Assembly: GCF_037042905.1 (NCBI RefSeq)
Contig: NC_087257.1
Coordinates: 9,920,001-9,984,000, forward strand
Source: Lytechinus pictus
Lineage: Eukaryota
Reading direction: 5' to 3'
DNA: 64,000 bases
Below are positions 40,705 through 54,200 of the stretch, one piece after another. A model generated the notes under the pieces. It saw only the letters and a program-made list of their open reading frames with translations, had not been told where the DNA came from and did not search any database. Each line of letters starts with the position of its first letter. Positions within the stretch are counted from its first letter, which is position 1. The position numbers and the translations under genes are program-made.

Positions 40705-42729
40705 TTAAATATGAGTTAGCACATTTTGCACGAGTGTGTTGAGTGTGAGGATGTGTTGCAGAACTGCTCGCGTGTGTGAGTGTAAACATTGTAATTCAGA
40801 GAGGGGAAATACGGGGCAGGCGAAAAAGGGAGAGATAGATACGGAGAGGAAGGGGAGAGTGGGAGGGAGGTAACGGGACAGAATGAAAGGACGATCGATG
40901 CGAAGAAACCAGAAGTTAAGGAAAATCACTTAAGAATTCCACTTTAACTTTCAATTGAAAGCTCTACGCCCCTCTCATGATGATTCCAACGATGTGATTT
41001 CTCATTGATTCCATCTTACTACTTTCTATGATGATTGGACTGTCAACATAGTGGTTTTAAATTGCTTCATTTCCCTGCATCCCCAAGGCAATGTGCATTA
41101 TTTAGTATTCAATCTTAAATGTTCATTATCATTTTACCACCGCATCCAGCGAGTTCTTATACATAACCTAGGAGTAGATACAATCATTAATCTTCATTCT
41201 TTTCCTTACGTTTTAATCTCTTCTCTCCAATGGGGGAACATCGTGAGAATTATCTTCAAAAAGTCATTGCTTTTGGTCCATCGTTCGTCTTGCCAAATTC
41301 ACGGCACGCCGCTGCAGTAGTTAGGAATCCCCAGTCACCAAAGGGGAAAGGGATCCTCGTTTCACATTGAGCAATAAAGGCCTTTTGACACTCAATGTAA
41401 AGAGCTCCAAACACCTATTCCCTGTTCAATGTGAAATACTTTTTTCCATTAATAATCATGCTTCATGAAGAAAATAGTAGAATAAAGCCGTGTTGACTGG
41501 AAAGCAGAGGAATTCAATTCCAAAACGAAAAACAGGAATGGCAAATCGCTTGTAAATCCTGACTGACGTGGTATTGCCCGCGGATGGGTTTATTGGCAGC
41601 ATCGAATAGCTTCCATTTTGATTTTGCAAGAAAGCCCATTGAAATTTTTCGTTTCGAAGGCTCTATTTTCTTGTAGGATTCGTACCGCAGACTTTGTTTG
41701 AAAGTGGATTTTCTCCAAATTGATCTGTATAATACTGGACAGTTGTGCCCATTAGAAGCGAAATCTTTAATAGTATTATTGAGTATTGTCGTGGAGAAAA
41801 ACGAAAGTCACTTGTCTTTAAACCATCAATGTTTAACACTATCTCACATCCCTCGTTTATCATGTTACTTTGTCAAAACTCAGACAGGGCCATGGAAACG
41901 ATTTTTAACTGGCGGTGCTGGCTTGAATTTAAAGAGCATACACTCACAAAAAAATGTTTTCACTACAAAATAAAGGTCATTTTTTCTTACGAGAAATTTG
42001 ACCAAAAAAACACCAGGTTTTCACTAAACATAAAGGTCACCCATCGCTTCACAGGGCAATGAACTCAGAGGTAAAATAGGAAATCAGTGGTCTTTTGAAA
42101 AATATTGAATCATGCCAATTTTTAGGCGATATATTACATTTTTTTTAAAACAGTAATGAAGATGATCATGATGATAATAATACTGACAAGAATGGTAATA
42201 ATCGCAACAATAACAATAATATTGATGGTAACAATACTGAGCTATATATATAGAACAATTACATGCAACAAAACACATAATAGAAATGTTTCTAGGCGAA
42301 ACATATCAATTCTGATTACTTCACCTACGTGAAAACACATGAGATATTGCGCACAAATTTTCAGGCTTTCAAAGTCCCAAGCTTTTTTCTGTTACTAGCC
42401 AATAAACAGCGATTGTCAATCGTGTGAGTTAGACCCCGTCAGTCACATAGTGGCGTTGCTATGCTGGAACCAAAAATCCAACGTTTATATTATCGCATTC
42501 ATCATCATTATCATTCTGAGGAGAAAGCGAATGAGTGATTTAGTAGCAGTCGGCAAGGCAACGAATGTTTCAACTACTTGAAAATTGAATGTCATAAAAT
42601 AATATCGATAAACATGGTAAAAAGCAGCACTTGACATTCGTTAGTGTTCTGGGAAAAAATAATGTCTATTGCAAAGGTTCACCGGTTTTAAACCCTTGCT
42701 TTCTGTGCGATATTGCCTCTCATTTGTGT

Positions 42730-43003
42730 GGACTCGTCTTGGTATAGTGGTTCTGACTCTCGCCTTTCAAACAGAGGGCCGTGGGTTCGAATCCTAGCCA
42801 TGGTGTTTTTCCTTCAGCAATAACTTTATCCACTCTGTGCTGCACTCGACCCAGGTGAGGTGAATGGGTACCCGGTAGGATTAATTCCTTGCATGCTCTG
42901 AACGCATCTGATGGTAGCTCGAGCTAAAGCCGGGGTAATAATAGCAAAACGCTTTGTATCCTCGGACAAAAAGCGCTATATAAATTTAGCTATTATATTA
43001 TTA
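42730..43003 (+). mobile_element. tRNA-derived SINE, family A
   Basis: Same head, body and tail as the 39535 copy. Confidence 0.85.
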
Positions 43004-43632
43004 CTCTTGTTTTTAGCATTCTCCCCTTTCTTTCACTTCCTAATTCTGATAATTCATTAATACATAATTACCATTCATGATAAGTACAACGATGATATTA
43101 ATGATAAATGAGTTTCATCAGACCAAGTAAAATATAAAAAAGTAATATATGTAAATTAAAAAAGAGTTTTATCAAACCAAGTTAAAAAAGGAAAACAAAT
43201 GATAAATGTGTTTTCCATTTATGTCATTTTTAGTATCTCTGTAAAACTATAATGTGATATGAATTCATTGAACGTTTAAAAAAATAGCCAAATGTATCAT
43301 GATAACCATATGTTATTTATAACAATTCTATAGATGTTCTAAATTTATCAAACTCTTTAATAGTACTACCAGTTTTAGACACGGTAGACTTGGAAAATGT
43401 AAAACGAATTGCACTTGCTGTGTGCTGGTCTTAAAAACAACTCCCTCTAAATTTTACATCTAGTCCGCTTTTGATTCTGTATTATCTACTTTTGATTAAT
43501 TTGATTGGAACTCCTCTAATGCATTGGAATTCTAATTATCATAAAACGAGGGAACATCTGAAATTCGATTACGATTTTTCCTTTTCACCAAGGTAGTATG
43601 ATATTATGTTATTTTATTTTTCTATTTTTCAG

Positions 43633-43693
43633 GTTGCCCTGCATTCGTGGTGGTCCCTTGGGCGATAGTGCGATCGTTTAAAGAATCGTCAGG
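43633..43693 (+). CDS. Class B1 GPCR TM4 exon: GCPAFVVVPWAIVRSFKESSG
   Basis: ttttcag acceptor, GTAAGT donor; completes GWGxP...W; phases match neighbours (1 in, 2 out). Confidence 0.93.
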
Positions 43694-43876
43694 GTAAGTC
43701 TATCGTTTTTGGCGCCACTTGATGGCATAGCATGCACAGTCACATCATAGGAACCGTCCCCAGACCGATCAAAGCTATTACGTTATATCGAATGGCATAT
43801 CATCGGTCGGTTTGGTATCGGTTTCGTTGGTGAGACAAGGGCATAAAAGATGTTATGCCAAATAATTTTTCCTTAA

Positions 43877-44293
43877 GGCCACCGCACACCTTACGACTGT
43901 TCGCAATCCGATTTTTGGAACAAATCGCATTTTGCTCATTTTCTGAAAATGTGAATGGAACATATCATTTTATTTGAGGTTAAAATCAATTGAAAGAATA
44001 TTAATATAATCATTCTGAAAGATTGCAAGCCTTTATTTTGGAGTAAAGGCCAAATTAGTTTCAAATCGTAGCAAATCGTACGACTACTATGACGTCATTA
44101 CGACTAGATATTAAATTTGCTTTTATTCTATTAAGAAGGATGATAGCTTAGTCACAGATTTGAACATAGGTATTCGTACGATGATTTCGAACATTACACA
44201 GTAAGATATTCCAAGTCTCAATATTAGCATCAAATTCTACTACGTTTTATTCCAAAATTGAGTCGCAGACCAATCGTAAGGTATGCGGTCGCC
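43877..44293. mobile_element. PIF/Harbinger-like MITE
   Basis: taa-ggccaccgcacaccttacga / tcgtaaggtatgcggtcgcc TIRs. Confidence 0.7.
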
Positions 44294-44779
44294 TTTGTCA
44301 TACACATGCATGGCAAACCCTTCTTATTATTTCATTATTCATTAAAGTATTTATGGAACAGCAGGTGGGGATGGGGTGTGTAAATAAATTATGGCAGTCT
44401 CGTTATTTTGGAATTGTTCATAAGAATGATAAATATCGAACAAGTGAGGCACATTCAGTTAGGCATCCTATTGTCGTATTTGCATATTTAAAGTCTCAAT
44501 GTAGTTTCATGCAATCACATTTATTCACTTTTATCGTCAATGTGGTCCTAATACGGTACTAGGGATATCACTTAAATAATGATTTTGTTTTCCTTTGCCA
44601 TTAATTTTTTAAAGCTAAGTGTGATCGACGAGCAATATTATTTTGTTGACTCATACCCTAATATCACGTATGCATAATTTGAAGCAACTCAGCCGCAGTA
44701 CAGTCGAATTGGTTGCTACCATGTCTCATGAAGTGAATTGTATTCTTTATAGAACTGACGAGACATATACTAACGATAT

Positions 44780-44980
44780 CAAATGGGCATTTGATAAAAT
44801 AGCACAATTGCTCTATTTATGTGGACGATCCCTGGCTTGGATTGAAAACTATCTTTCTGTTTGTCAGATCTTGGTTGCTGATCAACATTAATAAATTTAT
44901 TGCTTCTTAAACATCCGATACTGTTAGTATCAACGACTCAGTCCCACAAGGGACAGTACTAGGTCCTTTACTCTTTTAGA
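44780..44980 (+). pseudogene. Highly degenerate LINE RT fragment
   Basis: AFDK...WIENYLS...SVPQGTVLGPLLF remnants. Confidence 0.6.
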
Positions 44981-46811
44981 TGCACCTGGGGATGATCTTA
45001 TTAATGAGAGTAAATGTAAAATAAACGCTATTGGGCCTAGATTTTATGTTGATGATCGAAAGGATAGAGATAATAAGGGTCAACTAATTACTTCATTAGT
45101 AATATTATTATCGTTTTATAATTACTGACCAACCGCAAACCGAAAAGGTTAGTTTACAATTCAAAACATTTTACATGACGTATGAAGGAAAGTAGCTTGA
45201 ATTCACATTCCGTGCAGCAAAACTACTATTAATAACCTTCGGTGTGGTATTATTATTTTATTTTCTCTCTCTCTCTTTCTTGTGTACTTCTCTTATTGAT
45301 GTCCTCACATCTCATACGTAGCAGTATATTTGAATTAGCAATTCTCTTAATGCCAATGGGCCAAATGATAAAATTATACTCATTCAAATCGGATTTCATG
45401 AGGAACATAATCCTCTTAACTCAGCAATGTAATGACATTCGCTGTCATATTTCATTCCAATGTATTATGATTTGCCGGGTCGAAAGGCAGCCACTCACAT
45501 AGTATAGTGGTCTCGGATATATCTCGAATATTACTGCATGCATAAGTACGAACATTACATGACGGTCTTGTAACAAAACAATAAAAAAGTTATGTGCCAT
45601 TGAAGTTTTCATGTTCTATAAATGTTATTTTGCCATCGATAAAATGAATTCATGACACAAATCATGTCATAATGCTTGACAACAATTAAAAGGAAATTTC
45701 GAATGGAACCAACAAATCAAAACAGGTGGTAATATTTTGCGCATGACAAAAATCCATAAGGCAAGACAAACATTGACAAAAAATGCTCCCGAATTCTCAT
45801 CATTTAGTTGCAGTGCTGCATGGAGGAGTCGTATTTTGAGATGTATGATAGAAAGAGAAAAGGAAAGATACAGGACAATAAAAATGCACAATTTTGAGAA
45901 AGCAAACTTATCGTCAGCTTCTACCTCAACCTAGTTTGGAGTGTTTACACACCTTGCACTGGAGATTTGAGAATCAGCTAAGCCATCAAACAATCAGGAT
46001 TTAATGTTTTTCCTCACACGGGAAAATCGAAACTAAAACGTCTGTGCTTTAAGTACCAATGTCTGATTTTACGTATACCCGATTATCTAACCGAAGCATT
46101 CGTCCTGGTATTAAAGAAATATCACAATAACGTAACAAAACACCGTCATCAATTACGTCTTCTTCAAACGGAGACTGTCCCTGATTCTTAAGTTGAGTGT
46201 AAATCAAGGGAATTTCTATGTGCGACTAATCCTAATCACGTGGCCAAAGGCTTTTGCGAATTAAAGTTCTTTCACCAGTCCTGGTTTAGAAAAGAGGGGT
46301 TGGAAGCTTTTTCACGGTTCTTTCGATTTTATTTAAAAAAATATCTGGGGAAAAAGGTAGACATATACTATTAAAGGAGATAATTCCTTCAAAAATTGTA
46401 TCAGTTACGACGGAAATCAATAATGCCTCCTGTTTGTGAAAATGTGAAACATGCCGTTAGATCGCTAAAGTTTGATCGATTCTATTTAAAGCGAATACTT
46501 TTTTGTAATTATTGGTGGGGGTTCGAACCATTGGAACACAGTTCACAATAGTTTATTTGTATTTTTTTCACATTTTATCAATGTATTTTGCATCAGGGGG
46601 CGTGAAATTCGAGAGAGGATGGGAGGGGGGGGGGGGACTGAACATACACGATACCGCAACTTGAAAGTAATGTTCATGTTTCTGTACTGAATGAATTGTA
46701 TGTGTGTATGTTAGGGTGTGTGTGTGGAGGGGGTCGGGGGAGCACTCCCTAAAGCCCCCGGTTCTGTGCCCCCTCCTTTTTAATCTTTCTTAATCAAATT
46801 TAATCCTGCAG

Positions 46812-46884
46812 GTGCTGGTGGAATGATGTGACACGGGATTCGAGCTACTGGATCATTAAGGCCCCTGTCATGATTTCCGTTATT
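46812..46884 (+). CDS. Class B1 GPCR ECL2/TM5 exon: CWWNDVTRDSSYWIIKAPVMISVI
   Basis: ctgcag acceptor, GTAAGT donor; CW...WIIxxP motif. Confidence 0.94.
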
Positions 46885-47510
46885 GTAAGTAGACATTTAT
46901 TGCCCCAACCCAATAAAAAAGCTGTTTAAATTTTAACACAATGTTGTTCACTATATGACGTTACAGTAGTTGTTTAAAGGTATTGTAGCATAATGAGTTA
47001 TACCTTTAAGATGTATTTCATAGTTTAATCGTAGAGGGCGATATTTTAGTTGTGATATGCTTTGCGATTATTGGAGAAGTACGTCAGTTCGCTGGGAGCT
47101 GCGGTGGCGTGCGGTTGTAAGATGTAAGCTCCGAATAAATCAAGTTGAACTGTATACTGAATATCTCCCAAGTTGCTTCATTTGCATGATCTAGGGTGAG
47201 TGAGCGGGTGATTCGGTGTATTTCAGAGGAGCGAGAGAGTGTACCACGTTGCACAATATACTTTTGTGAACGAACCTGCCCAAAAAGAGATATAAAAGTG
47301 AGGAGAAGCGTGGACCGGGTTCTGGAGACTGCGAGACGGCAGAACGCTACCCCGACAGAGCTCGGTTACGCCACACTGGTGGCCGCGGTGGGATTGAACA
47401 ACGTGGTATTGGAAGCTCAGACAACTTAGGCGCCTGTATTACAGGGAGCGCCACGTATATCTCCTATGAAGATCGCCAGGAGAGAGGGGTAAAGAGAGCC
47501 GAGGAAGGGT

Positions 47511-47913
47511 GCCTGGAGAGAGGCAAGAAGAGAGCGCCTATGCACGTTGGTGAATAGCACCACGAGTGCGTGTGTTGGCGACAGCGTGGATAGCACGGAG
47601 GAAGGGAGCCTGGAGAGAGGCAAGAAGAGAGCGCCTATGCACGTTGGTGAATAGCACCACGAGTGCGTGTGTTGGCGACAGCGTGGATAGCACGGAGGAA
47701 GGGAGCCTGGAGAGAGGCAAGAAGAGAGCGCCTATGCACGTTGGTGAATAGCACCACGAGTGCGTGTGTTGGCGACAGCGTGGATAGCACGGAGGAAGGG
47801 AGCCTGGAGAGAGGCAAGAAGAGAGCGCCGATGCACATGGTGAATAGCAACCGGAGTGTGTGTGTTGGCGACAGCGTGGATAGCGCAGAAGAAGGGAGCC
47901 TGGAGAGAGGCAA
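47511..47913. repeat. 97-bp tandem repeat, about 4 copies, inside the LTR element
   Basis: gcctggagagaggcaag recurs at 47511, 47608, 47705, 47802 and 47898. Confidence 0.92.
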
Positions 47914-48313
47914 GGAGATAGTGCCTACACACGTTGGTGAATAGCGCCCTGGATGTGTGTGGCGGAGATAGTGCCTACACACGTTGGTGAATAGCGCCCT
48001 GGATGTGTGTGGAGGAGATAGTGCCTACACACGTTGGTGAATAGCGCCCTGGATGTGTGTGGCGGAGATAGTGCCTACACACGTTGGTGAATAGCGCCCT
48101 GGATGTGTGTGGAGGAGATAGTGCCTACACACGTTGGTGAATAGCGCCCTGGATGTGTGTGGCGGAGATAGTGCCTACACACGTTGGTGAATAGCGCCCT
48201 GGATGTGTGTGGAGGACATAGTGCCTACACACGTTGGTGAATAGCGCCCTGGATGTGTGTGGCGGAGATAGTGCCTACACACGTTGGTGAATAGCGCCCT
48301 GAGTGTGTGTGGC
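47914..48313. repeat. 50-bp tandem repeat, 8 copies, inside the LTR element
   Basis: ggagatagtgcctacacacgttggtgaatagcgccctggatgtgtgtggc recurs every 50 bp from 47914. Confidence 0.95.
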
Positions 48314-50928
48314 TGTAAATGCTACTGCATACATTTTAGGTTGAAAATATATAGTGCCTCGAGTTTGTGTGGCGGAGATGGCGCCTTGAGTGTGTGTGGC
48401 GGAGATAGCGCCTATTGAGTCGGTGTGTAGACGACAGCGTGGATAGCGCCTATACATGTAAATGTATAGCGCCTACGACGAGTGGCTATGAAGAATGGAT
48501 CTGGAATTCCTTGCCGGATAAGTGCAGCGTGGAGATGGGGATCTCTGAACGTCGAAGAGAAGTACTTGTTGGATATGCAGATACTAGCAACGAGGGAACT
48601 GGAGCTGTCCTATGTTGGGAAGGAGCAAGTCATATCCTATGCTAGTGGGGTACTGCATTCAGAAAGCAGAGAAAAAACTACTATGGGGCTCAAAAGGAGT
48701 CATGGGCCATGGTAGTATTTCGGAGCTGCAACAGAACTTCTATGGGCGGAGATCAGGACGGATCATCGGGCACTTGGTTGGATCTTTGCAGACGCAAGGG
48801 TGGTTGCCGTGGAACTTGACATCAGCAATGAGCAGATACCAACAGAAAGAACCTTCGATCAGGTAGATCTTGGAAGCGGAGCATCAGTCAGTCGACCGGC
48901 CCGATTGGTCAACGGTGGCTTCAAAGTCTAGTGTGGAGAAGTCCTATTGGAGGATGCACAGCTGGAGATGAAGCAAGACATACTCTACAGGAAGTAGGAG
49001 TGTGACCAAGGTCGGAATGTAACATGGCATGTGATGTTGGTCTTCAGATAGATAGTTCGAAGGAATTGCGTTGGATGCACATCCGCTGATTGTTACGACA
49101 GGGTAACGCCTTGGCCTCCAAAGAAGTCTTTATAGAGAGAGATCGAGATGATGAAAAGTAGTTCTAGACATGCGCCTTGAAGAAACCCCCAAGAAGAAAT
49201 CCTCTAGCACTTCAATCCGCAGAATAGATATTGGACATAACTTTCGCTATAACTTTGTGCCAGAAACAGTAAAAGACTCTGATGCATTTGATTTTGTATT
49301 CAAAATGTTGTTTTATGCCTTGATGTATGCTTTATTTTTTGTTGCTTCCATGTTTTCCTTTTCCTATTTTCTAACCTTTCTTATGTAATTCTCATCTTGA
49401 CATTTTCCTGATCTCAATGCTACTCTCTTTACTCTATCTATCTATTTCTGTATATAGATTATTTTGGTTGTTATTGTAAGAAAGGTTCTTCCTTTATGTA
49501 CAATGCCAATGTATATACCTGTATACTTTTAACGATGTTTTAATGTTTTATTTTCTTCTTTGGAAGAAATTCATTTTTATGTTTTGTTGTTAATACCTGG
49601 TCCGAGGACAGCCCAGACTTGGGGAGGGGCTGTGTAGCATAATGAGTTATACCTTTAAGATGTATTTCATAGTTTAATCGTAGAGGGCGATATTTTAGTT
49701 GTGATATGCTTTGCGATTATTGGAGAAGTACGTCAGTTCGCTGGGAGCTGCGGTGGCGTGCGGTTGTAAGATGTAAGCTCCGAATAAATCAAGTTGAACT
49801 GTATACTGAATATCTCCCAAGTTGCTTCATTTGCATGATCTAGGGTGAGTGAGCGGGTGATTCGGTGTATTTCAGAGGAGCGAGAGAGTGTACCACGTTG
49901 CACAATATACTTTTGTGAACGAACCTGCCCAAAAAGAGATATAAAAGTGAGGAGAAGCGTGGACCGGGTTCTGGAGACTGCGAGACGGCAGAACGCTACC
50001 CCGACAGAGCTCGGTTACGCCACAGTATTAACACTCTATTCTACTCTTAGACAAAACAATTTAATCTTTAATAATTCAAGTATGGTTGCACTCTAAGAAA
50101 AGGTTTACCCAATATAAGATACAGAATATCTTTTTAATCGTTGTAATGTTTTTATCTTTATATATATATTTATTTACTAACTTATCCATTGTTTTTTTTT
50201 TTTTTTTTTTTGGGGGGGGGGGGTGGGCACTGCTGGAAATATTGTACACTCGAGTTCCTAGAGTGAAATGACATGACATACATCAGACATTAGGCGAATT
50301 CTGAGAATACAGTTTTCTAGAATAAAAAGTAACATCATTCCAACATCAAAGAAGTGTAATGTAAACCTCATGCCTCTGGGACATTGAGAAAAGGGAATTC
50401 TAATCGATTAGATGTAATGTTTTATATCTAGTAATTGAATCAACTTTCATTTCTCGGAAGTTGACATTTGTATTACTAACTGATAGACATACTTTATTTC
50501 AACTCTTTTTTTTTATCTGGTTTGAGTAAAAGCAAGTAGTTCATGGGTGTAATTTATTCAACACAGATGTGGAATGCAAAAAAGAAGAATTATATTAAAT
50601 CACTTAAATATTTATAAAAATATCATACTAAATCAAATTCTGAAAAAATACATCTTCTTCAAAAGATTAGAAAGATTATCAGGCAACGAGCATCACATCA
50701 ATGTTAGCTATTTTATTTCCTTGGTATTTTTTTATGTGTTTTCAAAAATGATAACTAAAAGTCTCACATTAGTGTTTTTATTTGTTACGGTTTTTTAATA
50801 CCGACGACCCATTGCACAAAGAACTGTGATCAAACGCCACTTTCTTCATTTCTTTGTCATTCCGTTTGTGTTTCTCCTCTTTCAAAAAAAAGGTAAACTT
50901 GAATTATTTTCTTCGATCCATTCAACTT

Positions 50929-51119
50929 TATTCTAAAAAAAGATTGATCAAAATGACCATTCTCTTGGCTAATATGGTCCAACTGATAAAACTGGCCAAA
51001 AGCAACCAAATTCCTGGTAGATTTTAACAAATAATTTGGTTGATTTTGACAATTTTTTCTCGGTCGGACACATATTGACCAAGAGAATGGTAATTTTGAC
51101 CCAATCCTTTTTTAGAGTG
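50929..51119. mobile_element. Short palindromic MITE about 60 bp upstream of a coding exon
   Basis: tctaaaaaaagattgatcaaaatgaccattctcttgg / ccaagagaatggtaattttgacccaatccttttttaga. Confidence 0.7.
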
Positions 51120-51180
51120 TTCCATTAAAGCTTATACCTCGTCCTTTCAATATTTCTTTTCAATTTTTTCCCCCAACCAG

Positions 51181-51266
51181 GTAAATTTCGTCTTGTTTCT
51201 CCACATACTATGTGTATTGGCGACCAAGCTGAGGGCGAGCAATGCAGCTGAGGCAAGAACGTACAG
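51181..51266 (+). CDS. Class B1 GPCR TM5/ICL3 exon: VNFVLFLHILCVLATKLRASNAAEARTY
   Basis: Polypyrimidine tract + ccag acceptor, GTAGCT donor; NFxLF...VLATKLR as in PTH receptors. Confidence 0.94.
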
Positions 51267-54200
51267 GTAGCTTTCTATTGCTCGCATGGCCTGCAACACT
51301 CACTAGCATCATGTTCCTCTATATACACCTAAAGGGAAGCCCTGGTATTAAGTTGGTTTGAATGTAAAGCGGGTGGAATCGGATCAGGAAGAGTCAGTCC
51401 AAAGACCTGGACCACGTTTCAAAGAGAGTTGCGATTGATCCAACCAACCACAAATATGGAAATCCAAAACCCCAACATCTAAAATGCTCTTGTCTATTCG
51501 TAATGTTTTGTAAATATGACGTAGGCCGATCGTCATGCAAGTGACATCGCGCCCATATCGAAAACTTGTATGCAGTGTAACGGACATGTAAAAACATAGC
51601 AGACGACGTTTGCAGACCTCGCGATCATCGTATGACTGGTGGTGCGGAATGTTCCATTGCGGCTTTATGGGGGAAATAGCATTACAGCGGGATAAAATGT
51701 ATACACAGATAATGTTTCAGCGTTGATTTGCAATATTTTGAGTCAATTTTTATGAATTATCGTTGTTTGAACATTTAAACATCATTATAAAATGAAAGAA
51801 ATAAGCAAAACTTAATTTTCAGACTTAGCTATGCAGTATTAAGCTGGAATGCACCCCTCGTATAGATAATGGACCCGTCACGAGTGTAGGTTTGCTCTTC
51901 GGACATCACTATCACAAAGAAAATCTCCTCTGATTTGATGATAAAAGTGCCCTATTTCCTTATTAACCAATCTCCATGGTTCTTTCATGAGTATTTGCCT
52001 TACAATGTGCCCTTTATTGTAATCTGGGCGGAAATTCATGATACCACCACCCACCGATGTGACGACGGATATAATCCACCCGGGTACTATAAAAATGTCC
52101 CCCAAACCCATTATCCCAATACATATTCCTGACTATGGATGGTTTTTAGTGATTTTAATGTAATAAAGTGCCATATTTCCCACCAATTGAATGTTAAAAA
52201 AATTATGGTCATCTGATAGAAGAAGTTGTTACCATTCATTTCAGGGGGGCGGAAATTCTATCTGAATCAACGCTTGTCCTTGATATACATTTGTTTGTGA
52301 AAAAAGGGTATAATGCAAGGGAATTCTGCGTGTTATAAGGGTGCGCGCGTGCAGCGAGGACCTTCTGTCCGCTAGTTTTCCATATGATTCCTTGTATGGC
52401 GAATTATGACAACAGTGGATTTCCATAGTTTTTTATCTAATCAATTGATGAAATCTCTATATAAGACAGGATCCTCGTCCACGTTTCACAATGAGTTTTG
52501 ATTGATCCGATCAACCTCAACTATTCAACTTCATCGTTCTTAGTACAGGAAATTGTCAAGATGTCCCTTTGGGAAACATAGAATTATTAAAAGTACACGT
52601 TCCCGGGATTCAAGAGGGTGCTGTTTGAAATACGTATGCGTTGCGGACGGCGCGCCACCGCGGCACCAACTGCCTTTTGGCACCAACGTGATACGACGCT
52701 TACGCAGACGCCATGTTCTGAATGCCCGAACTCTGACAGTTCTCAGTTCGCGTATATGCCTCGGTTGCTGTTCGAAGATCTTGGCAGGGTGGCACTGCCT
52801 CCTTCTGCTGTGTGAAGTGACATCAGCAGAAGTTTGGGCTAGCGCCGGATGTAGCCAAATATACCAAAAGCAGTGCAGAGTGTGCATGACTGGCGTGTAT
52901 GTGCTGATGATTGACAGCTGCACGCAAATTAGGTCGATCATCTTCGTAATGAAGATGTCGGTCAGTACAGCACGTAACAAAACGGAGCCCTCTTGGTTCT
53001 CGGGAACTTTTACCTTTAAGACACTAATACTTACATGCACTGGCGAATCCAGGGGTGGGGGGGGGGGGGCGGCTGTGCCCCCCCTTTAAGAAGCAAAATT
53101 AAAATATTTCTAATGTAAAAATGCCATTAAAACAGAGGTGTGCCCCCTCTTTTGAAAGTGTAGGCCTTTATTTTTTATGCTTGTCAATTTTTTTTTGGGT
53201 ACGAACTATGCTTAATTTTCGGTTAAAAACATTTTTTTGTGGCTTGCCAAATTTTTCCTCCGAAAAATGTGCCCCCCCCTTGGAAAATCCTGGATCCGCC
53301 TCTGCTTGCAGGGGCTTGCATGAACATTTAAGTTGAAAAAAAACTTTGATAAAGTGCATAATAAATTTTGGGGACGCTGGCATTTCCATAGTTGAGAGGA
53401 ACGGATCAATTGCAACTCAGTAAGAGAGGGCCCAGGACGTTCGCTCCCTCTTCGGGGCTGACTCAACTTCGCTGACTCGTTCCTCCCGTTTCTAATTTCT
53501 TATTACACCCAACAACTTAATATCAATGATGGATTTTCCCTTTTCACTACCTCATCCTATGGGCATTTCAGGTATATATGTATATATCCAAGGCATCTTG
53601 TTCAACTCTTCTTCCTTTGTGTGCTTTTCTTTTCTATCTTTTCATAATGTAATCACTACAAATAGAAGCATGGGTGATACAGAGATGGTCTAGCTGAACT
53701 ATTTCTACCACTCTCAGAATAATTTCATTGGACAAAAGGGGCAGGCGAATGGTTTTGAAAGATATGGGGGGGGGGGGGTGGGCCGAGCCGAAAGTTGGAG
53801 GACTGACCATGCAGAAAAAGATCGCAATAAGATGGTAATTTTTAAACCTTTTTTACGGTTTTGGGGAAAAAATATGGGGGTGGCTTCAGCCCCTTAACCA
53901 CCCTCGGTTCAAAGTCCCCTGCCCCCCTCATGGGATATCCTAATATCCTTCCTTGACCATGTTAACATTGAAGTCGGGCTTACCAAAGAGTTCAGATTTG
54001 TTATAAAAAAACACCCCAAACCCCGTATTTGAAAGACACACCGCTGACTGTCGTAGGTACAGTGGCGATGGGAGATGGGGGGGGGGGGGGGTGGGGTGGT
54101 GCACAGCCTTTTTAAAAGAAAAGTGAAGTGATATCACACAAATGAAAAGTAATTTCAAAATTATATTGTCAAAGATAAACACCGAACCGATCGAGCATTG

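Larger units (their letters stand above)
46984..50024 (+). mobile_element. Non-autonomous Gypsy-type LTR element
   Basis: Two 392-bp TG...CA LTRs (46984-47375, 49633-50024); 4-bp TSD GTAT (46980-83, 50025-28); PBS TGGTGGCCGCGGTGGGAT at 47377 (tRNA-Leu-like); PPT GGGGAGGGG 49621-29; decayed RNase H remnants near 48570-48760. Confidence 0.93.

Noticed and set aside
47914-48313. CRISPR-like array
   Set aside because: Head-to-tail repeats without unique spacers, no cas genes, eukaryotic context.
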